The notes under the pieces: generated by a model | What the model was told of the DNA's origin: nothing | Seen by the model: the letters and a program-made list of their open reading frames with translations, nothing else | Databases searched by the model: none | Sequence record: OZ035800.1 | DNA length: 64,000 nt | From: Felixounavirus LF82P5 | Reading direction: 5' to 3' (one strand) | Translations under genes and position numbers: made by a program | Part shown: positions 36,794-46,611 of the stretch, piece by piece | Layout: every line of letters starts with the position of its first letter | How positions within the stretch are numbered: position 1 is the first letter of the stretch

Positions 36794-36994
36794 ATGAAGA
36801 TGAGAGTAAAAGACAATTTTAAAGTTATTGACCACCGTTTAGTGGAACTCTCATCTCTTTCCAATGAGGTAATGATTGAACGTCTTAAGAGAGTTGAATC
36901 ACGAAGGAAAGAGATTGCAGATGAAATTCATGAACTGGACAAGATTGAAAATGGATTGAAGGCAGAACTACAACGAAGAGGTGCTAATGTCTAA
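36794..36994 (+). CDS. Hypothetical small coiled-coil protein
   Basis: 66 aa ORF. Confidence 0.35.
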   Translation: MKMRVKDNFKVIDHRLVELSSLSNEVMIERLKRVESRRKEIADEIHELDKIENGLKAELQRRGANV

Positions 36995-38972
36995 GGGTCG
37001 TAAATTGAAAGAGGCTGGTCAGTTTGTTGGTCATTGCGCATGTCCACGTTGTGGTTCATCAGATGCTGGTTCAATCTATCATCATGACGATGGTTCTTAT
37101 TCAATGACTTGCTTTAGTTGTAACAAAGGTTTCCCAGAGTGGGATTTTGATAAAGGACAAATCGTGAGCACTTATTCTACTGGTTCAGACAATAAAAACC
37201 GTACTTTCCGTGGAATGGATTTAGACGATGTGAAAGAAAACCTTGAAGCAATGGACTTAAAGGACAGGAAGATTCCTGCAAAAGTTCTTGAGCGTTTGGG
37301 TATCAAGGTTGACATTGACAGTGATGGTGAAATTGACGCGCATTTCTACCCAACTTACAAACGCAATGAAGATGGCAAGCTAGAGCATGTTGGCTACCGT
37401 GTTCGTCACCGTTACCCAGAAGACCATCCAAAAGAGCACCTACGAGGTAAGTTAAAAGACTTTTCTGGTGGTGTTGGAGACATTAAAGGTGAACTGGCAA
37501 TGTTCGGTTCATGGATTGCTCCAGAAGGTGGTAACCGTCTATTCATCTGGGAAGGTGAGATGGAATGTGCGACAGCAATCTATATGACTTCTCTTGCGAT
37601 TAAGGACAAATCTCGTCGTAAGAATTACTGTCACGTATCTGTTCCATCAGGTGCAAACATCAAGTCTATCAAGGATAACTATCAGTACATTACATCATTT
37701 GATGAGATTTACTTGTGCTTTGATAACGATGAAGCAGGTGCTAAAGCCACTAAAGAGGCTGCTGGTATCCTACCTATTGAGAAGGTTCGTTTATTCCAGT
37801 ATCCAGAAGGTGTAAAAGACCTTAACGAGTGGTGGACAAAGTTCTATAAAGAAAAAGATACAGTTCTGGAAGGATTTAAGCAGCGTATCTACAATGCACC
37901 CCGTTACTGCCCTGCTGGTATCAAGAACTTCGCAGATGGTTTTGAGGCAATGAAGAATCGTGGTCAGATTCCATTGATTCCTTTCCCAGAATCTTTCGGA
38001 GATTTGAACAGACTGACTTATGGCGGTTATGGTTTAGGTGAGATTACAACTATTGCAGCACCATCTTCAGTAGGTAAGTCAGCTTACACTCGTGAGATGA
38101 TTTACTCAGCTTGGAAAGAAACTGATTATAATATCGGTGTAATTCCTGTAGAAGATACCTATGAAGAGTTGATGGAGATGCTCTGTGCAATCCACCTGAG
38201 CAAGCAGATTTCTGAGATTCCTTATGACGAACGTGATTGGGATGAATTGAAGAAGGCACACGCAGAACTGTCTAAAGGTCGTCGTATCCACATCGTTGAC
38301 CATCAAGGGGCAATTGACCAAGATAACTTGCTGGAGTTTGTTGACTATCTTGTTAACAGCTTAGACTGTAAGATTATTATTCTTGACCCTATCACGTTAG
38401 CCCTGTCACGTTCTGATACGGATGAAGAAGAAGTTTTGTCTGAGCTATTGCGTCGTTGCAAACGCTACCAGTATGCGCAGGTAAACGTATGTCACGTTCG
38501 TAAGAGTGCAGGCGGTCAGAAAGCTAACTCTGAAGGTGGAGATATCTCTGAAGAGGATATCAAAGGTTCTGGTGCGTATTTTCAGATTTCTATGAACAAC
38601 ATTCTGTTAATGCGTAACAAGGTTGACCCAGACCCTGTTAAGAAAAACTTGACAAAAATCAAGTTAACTAAGTGTCGTCGTCATGGTAAGTCAACAGGTA
38701 TTGCTGGTCATACTTGGTACAATCCAGATACAGGCCGTCTTATCAAAGCTTCTGGATGTGGTGTTGATATTGATGGTGCAGCAGAAAATATTCGCCAGCA
38801 GTTTGGTATTGGTGAAGCTGAAGACCATTACGATGACTCTTTGCCACATTATGAGGACGAAGTGTTTGACCGTGAGACTGGTGAAGTCTATACTGAAGAG
38901 CAGCGTCAAAGCTCAACGATTCCACCTGTATTAAGTGAGGATGCAGATGACTGCCCGTTCGAAACTGAGTGA
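36987..38972 (+). CDS. Primase-helicase (T7 gp4-like)
   Basis: N-terminal zinc ribbon CPRCGSSD...CFSCNK, TOPRIM-like FIWEGEMECATAIYM, helicase Walker A APSSVGKSAYT; ATG 36987 with GAGG RBS (track start 36981 is GTG). Confidence 0.85.
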   Translation: MSKGRKLKEAGQFVGHCACPRCGSSDAGSIYHHDDGSYSMTCFSCNKGFPEWDFDKGQIVSTYSTGSDNKNRTFRGMDLDDVKENLEAMDLKDRKIPAKVLERLGIKVDIDSDGEIDAHFYPTYKRNEDGKLEHVGYRVRHRYPEDHPKEHLRGKLKDFSGGVGDIKGELAMFGSWIAPEGGNRLFIWEGEMECATAIYMTSLAIKDKSRRKNYCHVSVPSGANIKSIKDNYQYITSFDEIYLCFDNDEAGAKATKEAAGILPIEKVRLFQYPEGVKDLNEWWTKFYKEKDTVLEGFKQRIYNAPRYCPAGIKNFADGFEAMKNRGQIPLIPFPESFGDLNRLTYGGYGLGEITTIAAPSSVGKSAYTREMIYSAWKETDYNIGVIPVEDTYEELMEMLCAIHLSKQISEIPYDERDWDELKKAHAELSKGRRIHIVDHQGAIDQDNLLEFVDYLVNSLDCKIIILDPITLALSRSDTDEEEVLSELLRRCKRYQYAQVNVCHVRKSAGGQKANSEGGDISEEDIKGSGAYFQISMNNILLMRNKVDPDPVKKNLTKIKLTKCRRHGKSTGIAGHTWYNPDTGRLIKASGCGVDIDGAAENIRQQFGIGEAEDHYDDSLPHYEDEVFDRETGEVYTEEQRQSSTIPPVLSEDADDCPFETE

Positions 38973-39228
38973 TAGCTATAAAAGAGAGGGGTTCACACCC
39001 TTCTTTGAAGAAAAAAGTTTAAATAAATTTCATGAAGAGTGTTTGACAAAGATTGATAGGTTCTATAGAATGCTCCACATGAAATGCGATGGAGAAGTTG
39101 AAATAGAACAACAGTTCCATCAAAGTATGATTACAGTCATCATTACACTGCCTCAGCATAATATTGGTTGGCTGTTTATAATGAAAGAAAATGTGTTTGA
39201 ATATCAAGTATATCGGAGAATATCATGA
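38935..39228 (+). CDS. Hypothetical protein (uncertain)
   Basis: 97 aa ORF overlapping 3' end of primase-helicase gene by 38 nt. Confidence 0.25.
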   Translation: MRMQMTARSKLSDSYKREGFTPFFEEKSLNKFHEECLTKIDRFYRMLHMKCDGEVEIEQQFHQSMITVIITLPQHNIGWLFIMKENVFEYQVYRRIS

Positions 39229-39374
39229 AACACTCTAAAGCATTTGAAAAAGTTTTTGGGGATTCCTTAAAAGCCACTGCTGGAAAACCAGCAAAATACT
39301 ATGAAGAAAAACGTGTAAGAACTGGAAAAACTGCACGTAAAGCAGCTTCTAAAGATAAGCACAACTTCCAGTAA
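39225..39374 (+). CDS. Small basic protein (49 aa), not in ORF track
   Basis: ATG 39225 with GGAGA RBS; translation MKHSKAFEKVFGDSLKATAGKPAKYYEEKRVRTGKTARKAASKDKHNFQ. Confidence 0.3.
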   Translation: MKHSKAFEKVFGDSLKATAGKPAKYYEEKRVRTGKTARKAASKDKHNFQ

Positions 39375-39381
39375 TTAGTAT

Positions 39382-39410
39382 TTGACAATAGAGTATCAAC
39401 AAATTAGAAT
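39382..39410 (+). promoter_or_regulatory. Sigma70-like promoter TTGACA-17-TAGAAT upstream of SSB-like gene
   Basis: -35 TTGACA 39382-39387, 17 nt spacer, -10 TAGAAT 39405-39410. Confidence 0.6.
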
Positions 39411-39446
39411 TGGTACTCTTCATAAATTGAGATAGAGGTTTAAATA

Positions 39447-40304
39447 ATGTCTAAAGTTGTTAAAATGAAAGCTCCGGTAGAGAAGTACAACGGTACTGAA
39501 CGTCAAACTCTGCGTTACCTGCTGAAAGATGTCTGGTTTTATTACCTGAACACTTCACCACGTCCGGGTAAAGGTAAATCTATTGACAAGAAATTCCCAG
39601 GAAAAGATTGTAACTACAGCGTATCAATTCTGGCAGAAGACGGTAACAAACTCTTTAAAGAGTTTACTAAGTCTAAGAAGAACCCAGAAGGTTGGGATAA
39701 AGTTACTACTGAAGCAGTTGATGCAGATGACTTCGAAGAGAAGTTTGGTTGCAAACCACCTTTTGAAGCAGACACTTACTACATCTTGAAAGTAAGTCGT
39801 GCAGCAGCTTATAAAGATGGTGCTGTATGGACAGCTAAACAGTCATTCCCTGTAATGCTGATTGAAGAAGTAAACGGTAAACGTGTAGCTGTTAAACAGC
39901 CGATGAAGAAAATCAAAGCTCAAGCATCTGATAAGCATGAAGATGATAAGAACTATGATGTAATTCATCCAGATATTGCAGTTGGTAACGGTTCTTTTGG
40001 TAGTGTGATTCTTTCTACTCACTTCTACACTTTTGAGAACAATGTTCTGACTAAACCTATTCAGGAACAGTTTATCATTGATACTCTTGTACCTTACACT
40101 GGTGGTAACGGTGCTAATGGTGAACCTGAACTGGATGAAGATGAACTGGCTATGCTTGGTCTTGATGGTGTCGAAGATAACGGTGAAATCACTGAAGAAG
40201 ACGCAACAGACCATAAATCTTCGAATGATTCTGATGATGGTGATGATGAAGATTTGCCAGACCCAGATGACGAAGAGGATGAAGACTTCGATACAGAAGA
40301 CTAA
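39447..40304 (+). CDS. Single-stranded DNA-binding protein (candidate) with acidic C-terminal tail
   Basis: 285 aa; C-terminus DDGDDEDLPDPDDEEDEDFDTED; own TTGACA-17-TAGAAT promoter; between primase-helicase and exonuclease. Confidence 0.5.
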   Translation: MSKVVKMKAPVEKYNGTERQTLRYLLKDVWFYYLNTSPRPGKGKSIDKKFPGKDCNYSVSILAEDGNKLFKEFTKSKKNPEGWDKVTTEAVDADDFEEKFGCKPPFEADTYYILKVSRAAAYKDGAVWTAKQSFPVMLIEEVNGKRVAVKQPMKKIKAQASDKHEDDKNYDVIHPDIAVGNGSFGSVILSTHFYTFENNVLTKPIQEQFIIDTLVPYTGGNGANGEPELDEDELAMLGLDGVEDNGEITEEDATDHKSSNDSDDGDDEDLPDPDDEEDEDFDTED

Positions 40305-40321
40305 TCTCTAAAAGTTACTTT

Positions 40322-40350
40322 AAAGCCCTGTACTTAGTATGGGGCTTTTT
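40322..40350 (+). terminator. Rho-independent terminator after SSB-like gene (weak stem)
   Basis: AGCCC/GGGCT stem with 13 nt loop, TTTTT. Confidence 0.4.
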
Positions 40351-40366
40351 CATATGGAGAGCCATA

Positions 40367-41413
40367 ATGGAGAAGTACACATTAACAAAACTTCCCGATT
40401 CAGTTACACATGTTTTTATTGACTCTGACAGCATTGCTTATAAAGGTGCTTGTGTAGTTGAGAAAGCAAAATATAAATACGTCAATAAACTCACAGCAGA
40501 AGAATCTGAACCATTTGACAATGCGAAAGATGCTGCAAGATGGTTAGCAGACCAGAGAATCCTTGTGGAAGAACTTGGCCTGACATTTGATGAAGATGAA
40601 TGGGAAAGACAGACTTGGAAAGAAGCTAAGAGTGAAAAAGAAGCTATCATGGCTACTCAACAGGTGCTTCAGGAATGGCTTAAGATTGTTGGTAAAGAAA
40701 GAACTTGGGTAGGTTATTTAACAGAGAAAGGTGTGCATAAACATAAAGACATTAAAGGTCTTGAGCACCAATATCAAGGTAACCGTAAAGATGCTGTCAC
40801 ACCAACACACTTAGTCGCTTGTCGTGAATACCTTCTGTCAAGACCAGAGTTCAAACTAATTCTTGATGGATTTGAAGCCGATTCTATCGTTATTGCTAAA
40901 GCTGAAAAGATGGGTAAAAAGGCTGCCTTGATGAGTATTGATAAAGACCTTCGCCAAGCTGAAGGGACTTACTGCATTGATATGACCTATGAAAAGTCGC
41001 CTTTGATTTTCATTGCTGACAACAACGTAGGTGAAATTTGGGATTGCCCAATAAAATCAACACCAAAAGCTAAGAAGACAGTTGGTGTAGGTTTTAAATT
41101 CCTTTGTTATCAAGCTGTGGCTGGTGACAATGCTGATAATTATTTTGGTTTAAAGGGTGTTGGTAAGGCTACTGTAATGAAAGCCCTTGAAGGTAAAAAT
41201 ACTTATAAAGAGTGTCTTGATGCTATCTATGAACTTTATGCTAAGAAAGAGTCATACACTTATGTATCATGGGATGGTCAAACAATTACCAGAACACCTT
41301 TAGAGTTAATGCAGCAACACTTTTTCTTAGCTTATCAGGAAAGAAACAAGAAAGACGATTTCACTTTTGATAAGTATGGGTGGACACCAAATGTTAACTC
41401 AACAAACTCTTAA
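40367..41413 (+). CDS. 5'-3' exonuclease / flap endonuclease-like protein (candidate)
   Basis: 348 aa, acidic clusters FIDSDSIAYKG and GLKGVGKATV (H3TH-like); replication-module position. Confidence 0.4.
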   Translation: MEKYTLTKLPDSVTHVFIDSDSIAYKGACVVEKAKYKYVNKLTAEESEPFDNAKDAARWLADQRILVEELGLTFDEDEWERQTWKEAKSEKEAIMATQQVLQEWLKIVGKERTWVGYLTEKGVHKHKDIKGLEHQYQGNRKDAVTPTHLVACREYLLSRPEFKLILDGFEADSIVIAKAEKMGKKAALMSIDKDLRQAEGTYCIDMTYEKSPLIFIADNNVGEIWDCPIKSTPKAKKTVGVGFKFLCYQAVAGDNADNYFGLKGVGKATVMKALEGKNTYKECLDAIYELYAKKESYTYVSWDGQTITRTPLELMQQHFFLAYQERNKKDDFTFDKYGWTPNVNSTNS

Positions 41414-41891
41414 AGAATACCTGCACTATGACCCCGAAACAGGGGTCTTTACTTGGTTAGTTGGTAGAAGAGGTAAGGCCAAAGCTGGCTCAGTAGCAGG
41501 TCTTAAACACCATAGTGGTTATATCTATATAAAACTCTTCGGAAAAAGATATGCAGCACACAGACTGGCATTCTTGTATATGAAAGGCTACCTCCCAAAA
41601 TTTGTTGACCACAAGAATGGTATCAGGCACGACAACTGGTTCGACAATTTGAGAGAGTGTAGCAGGTCAGACAACAACTGCAATGCAGTCAAAAGAAAAG
41701 ATAATAAGTCTGGTGTGAAGGGTGTATATTACCACAAGCAAAGAGGTAGATGGGCTGCACAAGTCAAGCATAATAAAGTATGCTACCATCTAGGTTTATT
41801 TGACTCTATCACTGAGGCTGAATCAGTTGTCAAAAAGAAAAGAGAAGAACTACATAAAGAGTTTTCAAATCACGGAGAAGCTTATGAATGA
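41391..41891 (+). CDS. HNH homing endonuclease with AP2-like domain
   Basis: LHYDPETGVFTW, HRLAFLY, FVDHKNGIRHDNWFDNLRE, KSGVKGVYYHKQRGRWAAQVKHNKVCYHLGLFDSITEAE; paralogue of 31286..31798; start at ATG 41391 (track start 41367 is TTG). Confidence 0.7.
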   Translation: MLTQQTLKEYLHYDPETGVFTWLVGRRGKAKAGSVAGLKHHSGYIYIKLFGKRYAAHRLAFLYMKGYLPKFVDHKNGIRHDNWFDNLRECSRSDNNCNAVKRKDNKSGVKGVYYHKQRGRWAAQVKHNKVCYHLGLFDSITEAESVVKKKREELHKEFSNHGEAYE

Positions 41892-42385
41892 AGATTAAAG
41901 GATTTGGCAATTGCCCTACCTATGGTCATTGGGTGTCTTTATGTGGGGAAGTTGACCCCACTAAACATTTTGGCTTTGTCTATTTAGTGCACTGTAAGAA
42001 GACTGGACAATATTATATCGGAAAGAAACAGCTTAACAGTGTGACCAAAAGAAAAGTTGCTGGGAAGACTCGGAAGAAGGTAGTCACTAAGGAAAGTGAT
42101 TGGATGACTTATGAGACTTCTTCCGAGTATATTAAAAAAGATATTGAGAGCTTTGGAAAAGAATTTTTTGACTTTTACATTATTCAGACCTACTACACAA
42201 AAGGTGGCCTAGTCTATGGTGAAGCAAACCTTCAACATAAATTCGATGTAATGACAAAAAGGATTGACTCGAAGCTCAGACTCTTCTACAATGCCAATAT
42301 TGCAGCAATTAAGTTTATCACTAAAGAAACTTATGAAGATGCTGAAAAAAGAATCCATAAGGTAATGAAAGCAAATTGTGCTTGA
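41888..42385 (+). CDS. GIY-YIG nuclease domain protein
   Basis: FGFVYLVHCKKTGQYYIGKK matches GIY...YIG spacing; ATGA overlap with upstream HNH gene. Confidence 0.55.
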   Translation: MKIKGFGNCPTYGHWVSLCGEVDPTKHFGFVYLVHCKKTGQYYIGKKQLNSVTKRKVAGKTRKKVVTKESDWMTYETSSEYIKKDIESFGKEFFDFYIIQTYYTKGGLVYGEANLQHKFDVMTKRIDSKLRLFYNANIAAIKFITKETYEDAEKRIHKVMKANCA

Positions 42386-42391
42386 TAACTA

Positions 42392-42637
42392 TTGAGAGAG
42401 AATAAAATGTTTAACAAAAGCAAAGCTGTGAGTCATGTAGCAAAAGTTGACAGCAAGATTGAAGAACTTGAGCGCATCCTTGCAAATGCTAGAGAGTCAA
42501 TAATCAAAGAAGTTGAAGCTGTTGAATCTCAAATGCAGCACCTAATGCTTAAACGTCAAGAGCTACGTGAGCATCTAGAATATATTGAAACACGAGAGCT
42601 AAAAGTTAACAGATTTTTAAGGAGTCCAAATGTTTAA
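42392..42637 (+). CDS. Hypothetical coiled-coil protein
   Basis: 81 aa ORF. Confidence 0.4.
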   Translation: MRENKMFNKSKAVSHVAKVDSKIEELERILANARESIIKEVEAVESQMQHLMLKRQELREHLEYIETRELKVNRFLRSPNV

Positions 42638-43385
42638 CTCAAGAGAAGCAGTAAAAAACTGGAATCTTCGTTGTGGAAACACTCAAAAGCAACCTTACAG
42701 TTATGAGTATTGGGAATCTTTAAAATCCCAGTCTCTGTGTATGCTGGAAGAAGCAAAAGAGCTTGTAAAAGCAATTGAAGAGAAAGACCCCATTGAGACA
42801 CTGGATGCTCAGGCAGATTTGCAATATGTTCTTGATGGTCTGATTTATCTGTCACAACATGACCATAACGGTGCTATGAAAGCTGTTTGCCATAATAATG
42901 ACCTGAAGTACACAGATGACTATGAAGAAGCTTTAAAACGTCTTGCAGACATTGAAAAGCGTACTGGTCAAGAGTGTGTTATCAGAATGTCAGTAGTTGA
43001 TGGTAAAGAGTGGTATGCGATTGTCCGTGCAGCCGATGGGAAGATTATGAAGCAATCAAATCTCCCTAAAGTACAGCTTGGTGAATACATTGTAGAACTT
43101 GAAAGCCAAGAACTTTTTGTGGTAGTATCTGAGACATGCGTTATCTGCAAAGGTATTGTAGGTAGCTTAAAGGATTTGGGTGTAGATGGTTTTGTAGAAG
43201 TTAATCCAATTACCTCTAAAGCAGATAAAGATTTCTGTAAAGAGAATGGACTATGGATTGCAGATATTATCTACTATGATGGTGAGCAGTTCCATGTAAC
43301 CTCATACCCGAAACTGAATTATGATGCTAATAACCTGAAGTGTTGGTTAAAAGGGGTTGGTTATAATGGATTCACAGAACATTAA
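42630..43385 (+). CDS. Hypothetical protein
   Basis: 251 aa; N-terminal acidic helical region, C-terminal Cys-containing region. Confidence 0.45.
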   Translation: MFNSREAVKNWNLRCGNTQKQPYSYEYWESLKSQSLCMLEEAKELVKAIEEKDPIETLDAQADLQYVLDGLIYLSQHDHNGAMKAVCHNNDLKYTDDYEEALKRLADIEKRTGQECVIRMSVVDGKEWYAIVRAADGKIMKQSNLPKVQLGEYIVELESQELFVVVSETCVICKGIVGSLKDLGVDGFVEVNPITSKADKDFCKENGLWIADIIYYDGEQFHVTSYPKLNYDANNLKCWLKGVGYNGFTEH

Positions 43386-43689
43386 TAAAGAGGGTGTGGC
43401 TCAGAAGAGCCACTTCTCAAACTACAATATTTCTATGACGGTGTTTATGAATGACCCGTTACTAGAAAAATATGGTGAGACTCCAGATACACTTCTGGAC
43501 AATGAACAAGTTTTAAAAGCAGTCCTGTACAAATATGGGATTGATATTGAGAAAGAGTATTCTTTTGAAATCTGCCAACACAGAAATACTTTTGGGAAAG
43601 TTGTAATGGCTCCACTCTTCATGGGTGTAGAAAGGACTGACTATGGTTGGTTATATCTAAAAAGAAACTTGGAGAAATACCGTGTCTAA
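43357..43689 (+). CDS. Hypothetical protein (start uncertain)
   Basis: 110 aa ORF overlapping upstream gene by 29 nt; internal ATG at 43435 possible. Confidence 0.35.
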   Translation: MVIMDSQNINKEGVAQKSHFSNYNISMTVFMNDPLLEKYGETPDTLLDNEQVLKAVLYKYGIDIEKEYSFEICQHRNTFGKVVMAPLFMGVERTDYGWLYLKRNLEKYRV

Positions 43690-44017
43690 AACAAAAAAGC
43701 TATCTTATGATGACATTATCTCAGGTGCTAAGTTAGGTGTTGACAGTATCGGACAAGATATCAAGCACGGAGACACAGTCATGTACTGTGATGACCGAAG
43801 AGGAAGAAGTGCAATCTTGTTTGGAAGGATTGTTTGCAAGATGCGAGGTAATTACGTTGTTGCAGACATGGATGTGAACGTTACACAAAAACTTGAAACA
43901 ATTATGGATGATAATACATCATCATGGCTCCTGAATTGTATGCACACTTCTTCAGTCACAAAAGTAAGTGATAAGTTTTACGATATGTGGCAGAATGAGC
44001 AAATTTTCAAGATTTAA
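43682..44017 (+). CDS. Hypothetical protein
   Basis: 111 aa ORF followed by strong terminator. Confidence 0.4.
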   Translation: MSKTKKLSYDDIISGAKLGVDSIGQDIKHGDTVMYCDDRRGRSAILFGRIVCKMRGNYVVADMDVNVTQKLETIMDDNTSSWLLNCMHTSSVTKVSDKFYDMWQNEQIFKI

Positions 44018-44023
44018 ACTAGG

Positions 44024-44045
44024 GAGCCTCTTCGGAGGCTCTTTT
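44024..44045 (+). terminator. Rho-independent terminator upstream of nrdA
   Basis: Stem GAGCCTC/GAGGCTC, TTCG tetraloop, TTTT. Confidence 0.75.
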
Positions 44046-44063
44046 CATCTGTAGGATTCGAAA

Positions 44064-46298
44064 ATGATTAAGACAATTAAAAAATCAAATGGTACAGTAG
44101 TAAGCTTTGACCCAGAAAGACTGAATAAGTGGGCATCATGGGCAGATAAACGTGGAATTATCTGGTCAGAAGTCACTATGGAAGCTATGAAACGTGTCTA
44201 TGAAGGTTGCACTACAAAAGAGATGCACCAAGCCATGATTGATGTTTGTGTTGATAAACAAACTCAAGAGTACTCAGATATGGCTGGACGACTGCTTTTG
44301 GGTATTATCTACAAAGAAGCCTTTGGAGGCTTTACTAAGGTTCCTACGCTGATTACCTTCGTTAAAAATATGGAGAGAGCAGGACTTTGGGAGAAGATGG
44401 ATTATTCACAGGAAGAGCTTGAATACCTGCAAGGTTACATCGTGCACTCAAAAGATATCTCTTACGGTTATGCAGTCTTGAAACAGTTCAGAGACAAGTA
44501 CGGCATCCGTGATATTAAAACGGGAAGACTGTTTGAGTCACCACAATTTATGTTTATGGGTATGGCTATGAAAGCCTTTGAGAAGCAACCAAAGCACCGT
44601 AGACTGCAAGATGTTATCAAGCTGTACACTTACCTATCTGACCTGAAGATTAACGCTCCTACGCCTTATTTAAACGGTTTAAGAGCCACCAAGTCAGGCT
44701 ATGCGTCATGCTGTTTGATTAAGGCAAATGATACTGCTGAATCACTTGGTATTGCTGCAAAGGTTGCTTATGATATGACTACAAAGCAAGCTGGTATTGG
44801 TATGCTGATGGAGACTCGCACTATTGGTGATGGTATCCGTCAAAATACTATTGAGCACATGGGTAAACTACCTTATTACAAGCTTGTACGTTCATCTGTA
44901 GAGGCAAACAAACAGAAGAGTCGTGGTGGTTCAGCTAATAACTTCTACACTGCTCTAGACCCGCAGATTGAAGATTTACTGCGTTTGAAGCACCCTACAA
45001 CGGTTCCTTCTAAACGTATTAATGAGATGGACTACTCATTCGGCACAAACGATTATTTCTGGCAGTGTGTTCAGTATGATACAGATTGGTTGCTATTCTC
45101 TTACAAAGATGCACCAAAACTCTATGACATGTTCTACACAGCATCTGCTGATGAGTTTGCTATGGCAGTTGGTCATGCAGTACATTCAGGTGTTAAGCAC
45201 AGACGGGTAAAGGCTCGTGAAATTGCTAAGCTGTTTATTCAACAGCGTTATGCTACAGGTCGTGTGTATCCATTCTTCACTAACAATGCAAACACACATA
45301 CACCATTTAAAGAACCATTGAAGATGTCAAATCTTTGTATGGAAATTGTATTGCCAGTGTATGGTTTTGAGAAAGAGACAGACCTTTACAGATATGATGC
45401 TGTGAAAGAGGATGGTGAGGTGGCTCTTTGCTTCCTAGCTAGTTTGGTTGCAGGGAGAATTTCAGAAGATGAATACGCTGACGTTGCTTATTATGCTCTT
45501 GCAATGGTTGACTCCGTTATTGACCTTATGGATTATCCGTATCCGTCGATGCGTAACCACGTTCAGAAGCGTCGTTCTGTTGGGATTGGCCTTACAAATG
45601 TGGCTCATTACCTTGCGAAGAACTACGTGAACTACTCTTCACGAGCAGGTAAAACGAAACTTCATGAACTGGCAGAGATGCACTCTTACTATCTGCATGA
45701 AGCCTCTCTGAGACTTGCTAAAGAGCGTGGCGTTCCAGAATACATGAAGTTCACTAAGTATCCTGAAGGCTGGGTTCCTCCAAAGACAGCTAACAAGAAG
45801 ATTGATGAAAAGCATGATGCAAAACTACGATATGATTGGGATGACTTAGCACAACGTATCAAAGAAAATGGTGGAATCCGAAACTCTGTATTAGAAGCTT
45901 ACATGCCTAATGAGAGTTCTTCACTGGCAACCAATACGACAAATGGCTTGTATCCAATTCGTGACTTTATTTTAACTAAAAAGTCTGCAACTGGTAACGT
46001 ACTGTTTATTGTTCCAGATTATGAAGAGTTGAAGTATGTATATGAAATTGCTTGGGGTATTGACACCTTTGATATGATTGATTGTTATGCAATTGTTCAA
46101 AAGTTCACTGGTCAAGCTATCTCTTCAGACTTCTATGTTGACTATGCAAAGTCTAAGAAGGTATCATTGGCTCAAGCTCTGAAGTACATGATTTATGCCA
46201 ACTCGGTAGGTATGAAAACCATGTACTATCTGAACAGCCGTATCGGTGTAGGTAAATCTGCACTGCAAGATGCTTATTGCGAGGGTTGTGGTGTTTAG
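44064..46298 (+). CDS. nrdA: Ribonucleoside-diphosphate reductase large subunit (class Ia)
   Basis: N-terminal ATP-cone-like IKKSNGTVVSFDPERL; active-site NLCMEIVLP; 744 aa. Confidence 0.9.
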   Translation: MIKTIKKSNGTVVSFDPERLNKWASWADKRGIIWSEVTMEAMKRVYEGCTTKEMHQAMIDVCVDKQTQEYSDMAGRLLLGIIYKEAFGGFTKVPTLITFVKNMERAGLWEKMDYSQEELEYLQGYIVHSKDISYGYAVLKQFRDKYGIRDIKTGRLFESPQFMFMGMAMKAFEKQPKHRRLQDVIKLYTYLSDLKINAPTPYLNGLRATKSGYASCCLIKANDTAESLGIAAKVAYDMTTKQAGIGMLMETRTIGDGIRQNTIEHMGKLPYYKLVRSSVEANKQKSRGGSANNFYTALDPQIEDLLRLKHPTTVPSKRINEMDYSFGTNDYFWQCVQYDTDWLLFSYKDAPKLYDMFYTASADEFAMAVGHAVHSGVKHRRVKAREIAKLFIQQRYATGRVYPFFTNNANTHTPFKEPLKMSNLCMEIVLPVYGFEKETDLYRYDAVKEDGEVALCFLASLVAGRISEDEYADVAYYALAMVDSVIDLMDYPYPSMRNHVQKRRSVGIGLTNVAHYLAKNYVNYSSRAGKTKLHELAEMHSYYLHEASLRLAKERGVPEYMKFTKYPEGWVPPKTANKKIDEKHDAKLRYDWDDLAQRIKENGGIRNSVLEAYMPNESSSLATNTTNGLYPIRDFILTKKSATGNVLFIVPDYEELKYVYEIAWGIDTFDMIDCYAIVQKFTGQAISSDFYVDYAKSKKVSLAQALKYMIYANSVGMKTMYYLNSRIGVGKSALQDAYCEGCGV

Positions 46299-46353
46299 TT
46301 TTAACAACTATGAGGGTCGTAAAAGACCCTCTAAAAATAACTTTGGAGAGAGT

Positions 46354-46611
46354 ATGAAGGACTTAATAGCAAATCATGAGTGGCCAATTTATCTGCTCTA
46401 CAAACCTCGGAAAACGTTGTACTATGTAAGTAGTACAGATATGATGATAAAACAAAATGATGACTCATGGGTCGATGGTGTGTCATACATCTCTACAGCA
46501 GATGGTAAAATCTATGCAAGACCATATGAGATGTTCAATGAAGAAAATTGGGAAGTTCTAGACCGAAAACAAGCCTTAGAAATGATAAAGAAAGGAGAAA
46601 TCACACTATGA
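46354..46611 (+). CDS. Hypothetical small protein between nrdA and nrdB
   Basis: ATG 46354 with GGAGAG RBS; stop overlaps nrdB start (ATGA). Confidence 0.4.
   Translation: MKDLIANHEWPIYLLYKPRKTLYYVSSTDMMIKQNDDSWVDGVSYISTADGKIYARPYEMFNEENWEVLDRKQALEMIKKGEITL

Noticed and set aside
42630-43385. MazG-like nucleotide pyrophosphohydrolase assignment for the 251-aa protein
   Set aside because: Only a loose acidic helical pattern (EEAKELVKAIEE...DAQADLQYVLDGL); insufficient motif support without a profile search.
44041-44063. tRNA-like T-loop fragment GGATTCGAA upstream of nrdA
   Set aside because: Isolated 9-mer without acceptor stem or anticodon arm; it lies between a terminator and the nrdA start.
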